This document shows positions 63,924 through 64,000 of a DNA stretch of 64,000 nt, in pieces. A program made the translations under genes and the position numbers. The notes under the pieces are model-generated. The model had not been told where the DNA came from. It worked only from the letters and a program-made list of their open reading frames with translations, and did not search any database. Source of the DNA: an uncultured Lachnospiraceae bacterium (GTDB lineage Bacteria > Bacillota > Clostridia > Lachnospirales > Lachnospiraceae); contig CAQGLR010000014.1 in assembly GCA_948794795.1 (NCBI GenBank), positions 17,399 through 81,398 on the forward strand. The letters are read 5' to 3'. Numbering within the stretch: the first letter of the stretch is position 1; each line of letters starts with the position of its first letter.

Positions 63924-64000
63924 CTACTTTAATTCTGTTTTTTCAAAAATAAATAATGCTGCTATTAATGCCAAAATAAATGTTATAAACATAACTAATA
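63924..64000 (-). CDS. C-terminal end of a second paralogous ABC permease (truncated by window)
   Basis: Reads LVMFITFILALIAALFIFEKTELK*, matching the neighbour's FEKAELK end. Confidence 0.7.
   Translation of the reverse strand, partial: LVMFITFILALIAALFIFEKTELK

Overview
This AT-rich Firmicute window looks Lachnospiraceae/Clostridia-like (inferred from gene content). Most of it is core chromosome: LRR surface protein, LTA-synthase-like sulfatase, htrA, wcaJ-like transferase, a two-component system, ytvI, a secreted pullulanase, a CobW/COG0523 pair, trmH-like, cheX, prsA-mfd-pth, an HD protein, hprK, uvrC, ftsH, pyrG, pgi, dnaB-rplI-gdpP, pspA-ydjGHI and an ABC transporter. Five things stand out. 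(1) An AT-rich five-gene island (47.5-57.2 kb) encodes an Ssp-type DNA phosphorothioation/restriction system in the order sspD-sspB-sspC-sspE-like-sspA. Its PAPS reductase has extra Zn-ribbon and ferredoxin domains and its desulfurase is SufS-class. (2) An unannotated family of intergenic palindromic elements has 8 core-bearing copies plus remnants. They share conserved bulges and a GNRA mini-hairpin, while their stems co-vary and their outer arms differ; two sister copies bracket the island in inverted orientation. (3) A 34-aa hydrophobic ORF with a convergent promoter sits next to the island and is a candidate type I toxin-antitoxin module. (4) A G8 tract frameshifts the pullulanase right after its signal peptide. 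(5) FtsH is fused in frame to a Cof-type HAD phosphatase. All calls come from reading the sequence by eye; no searches or computations were run.
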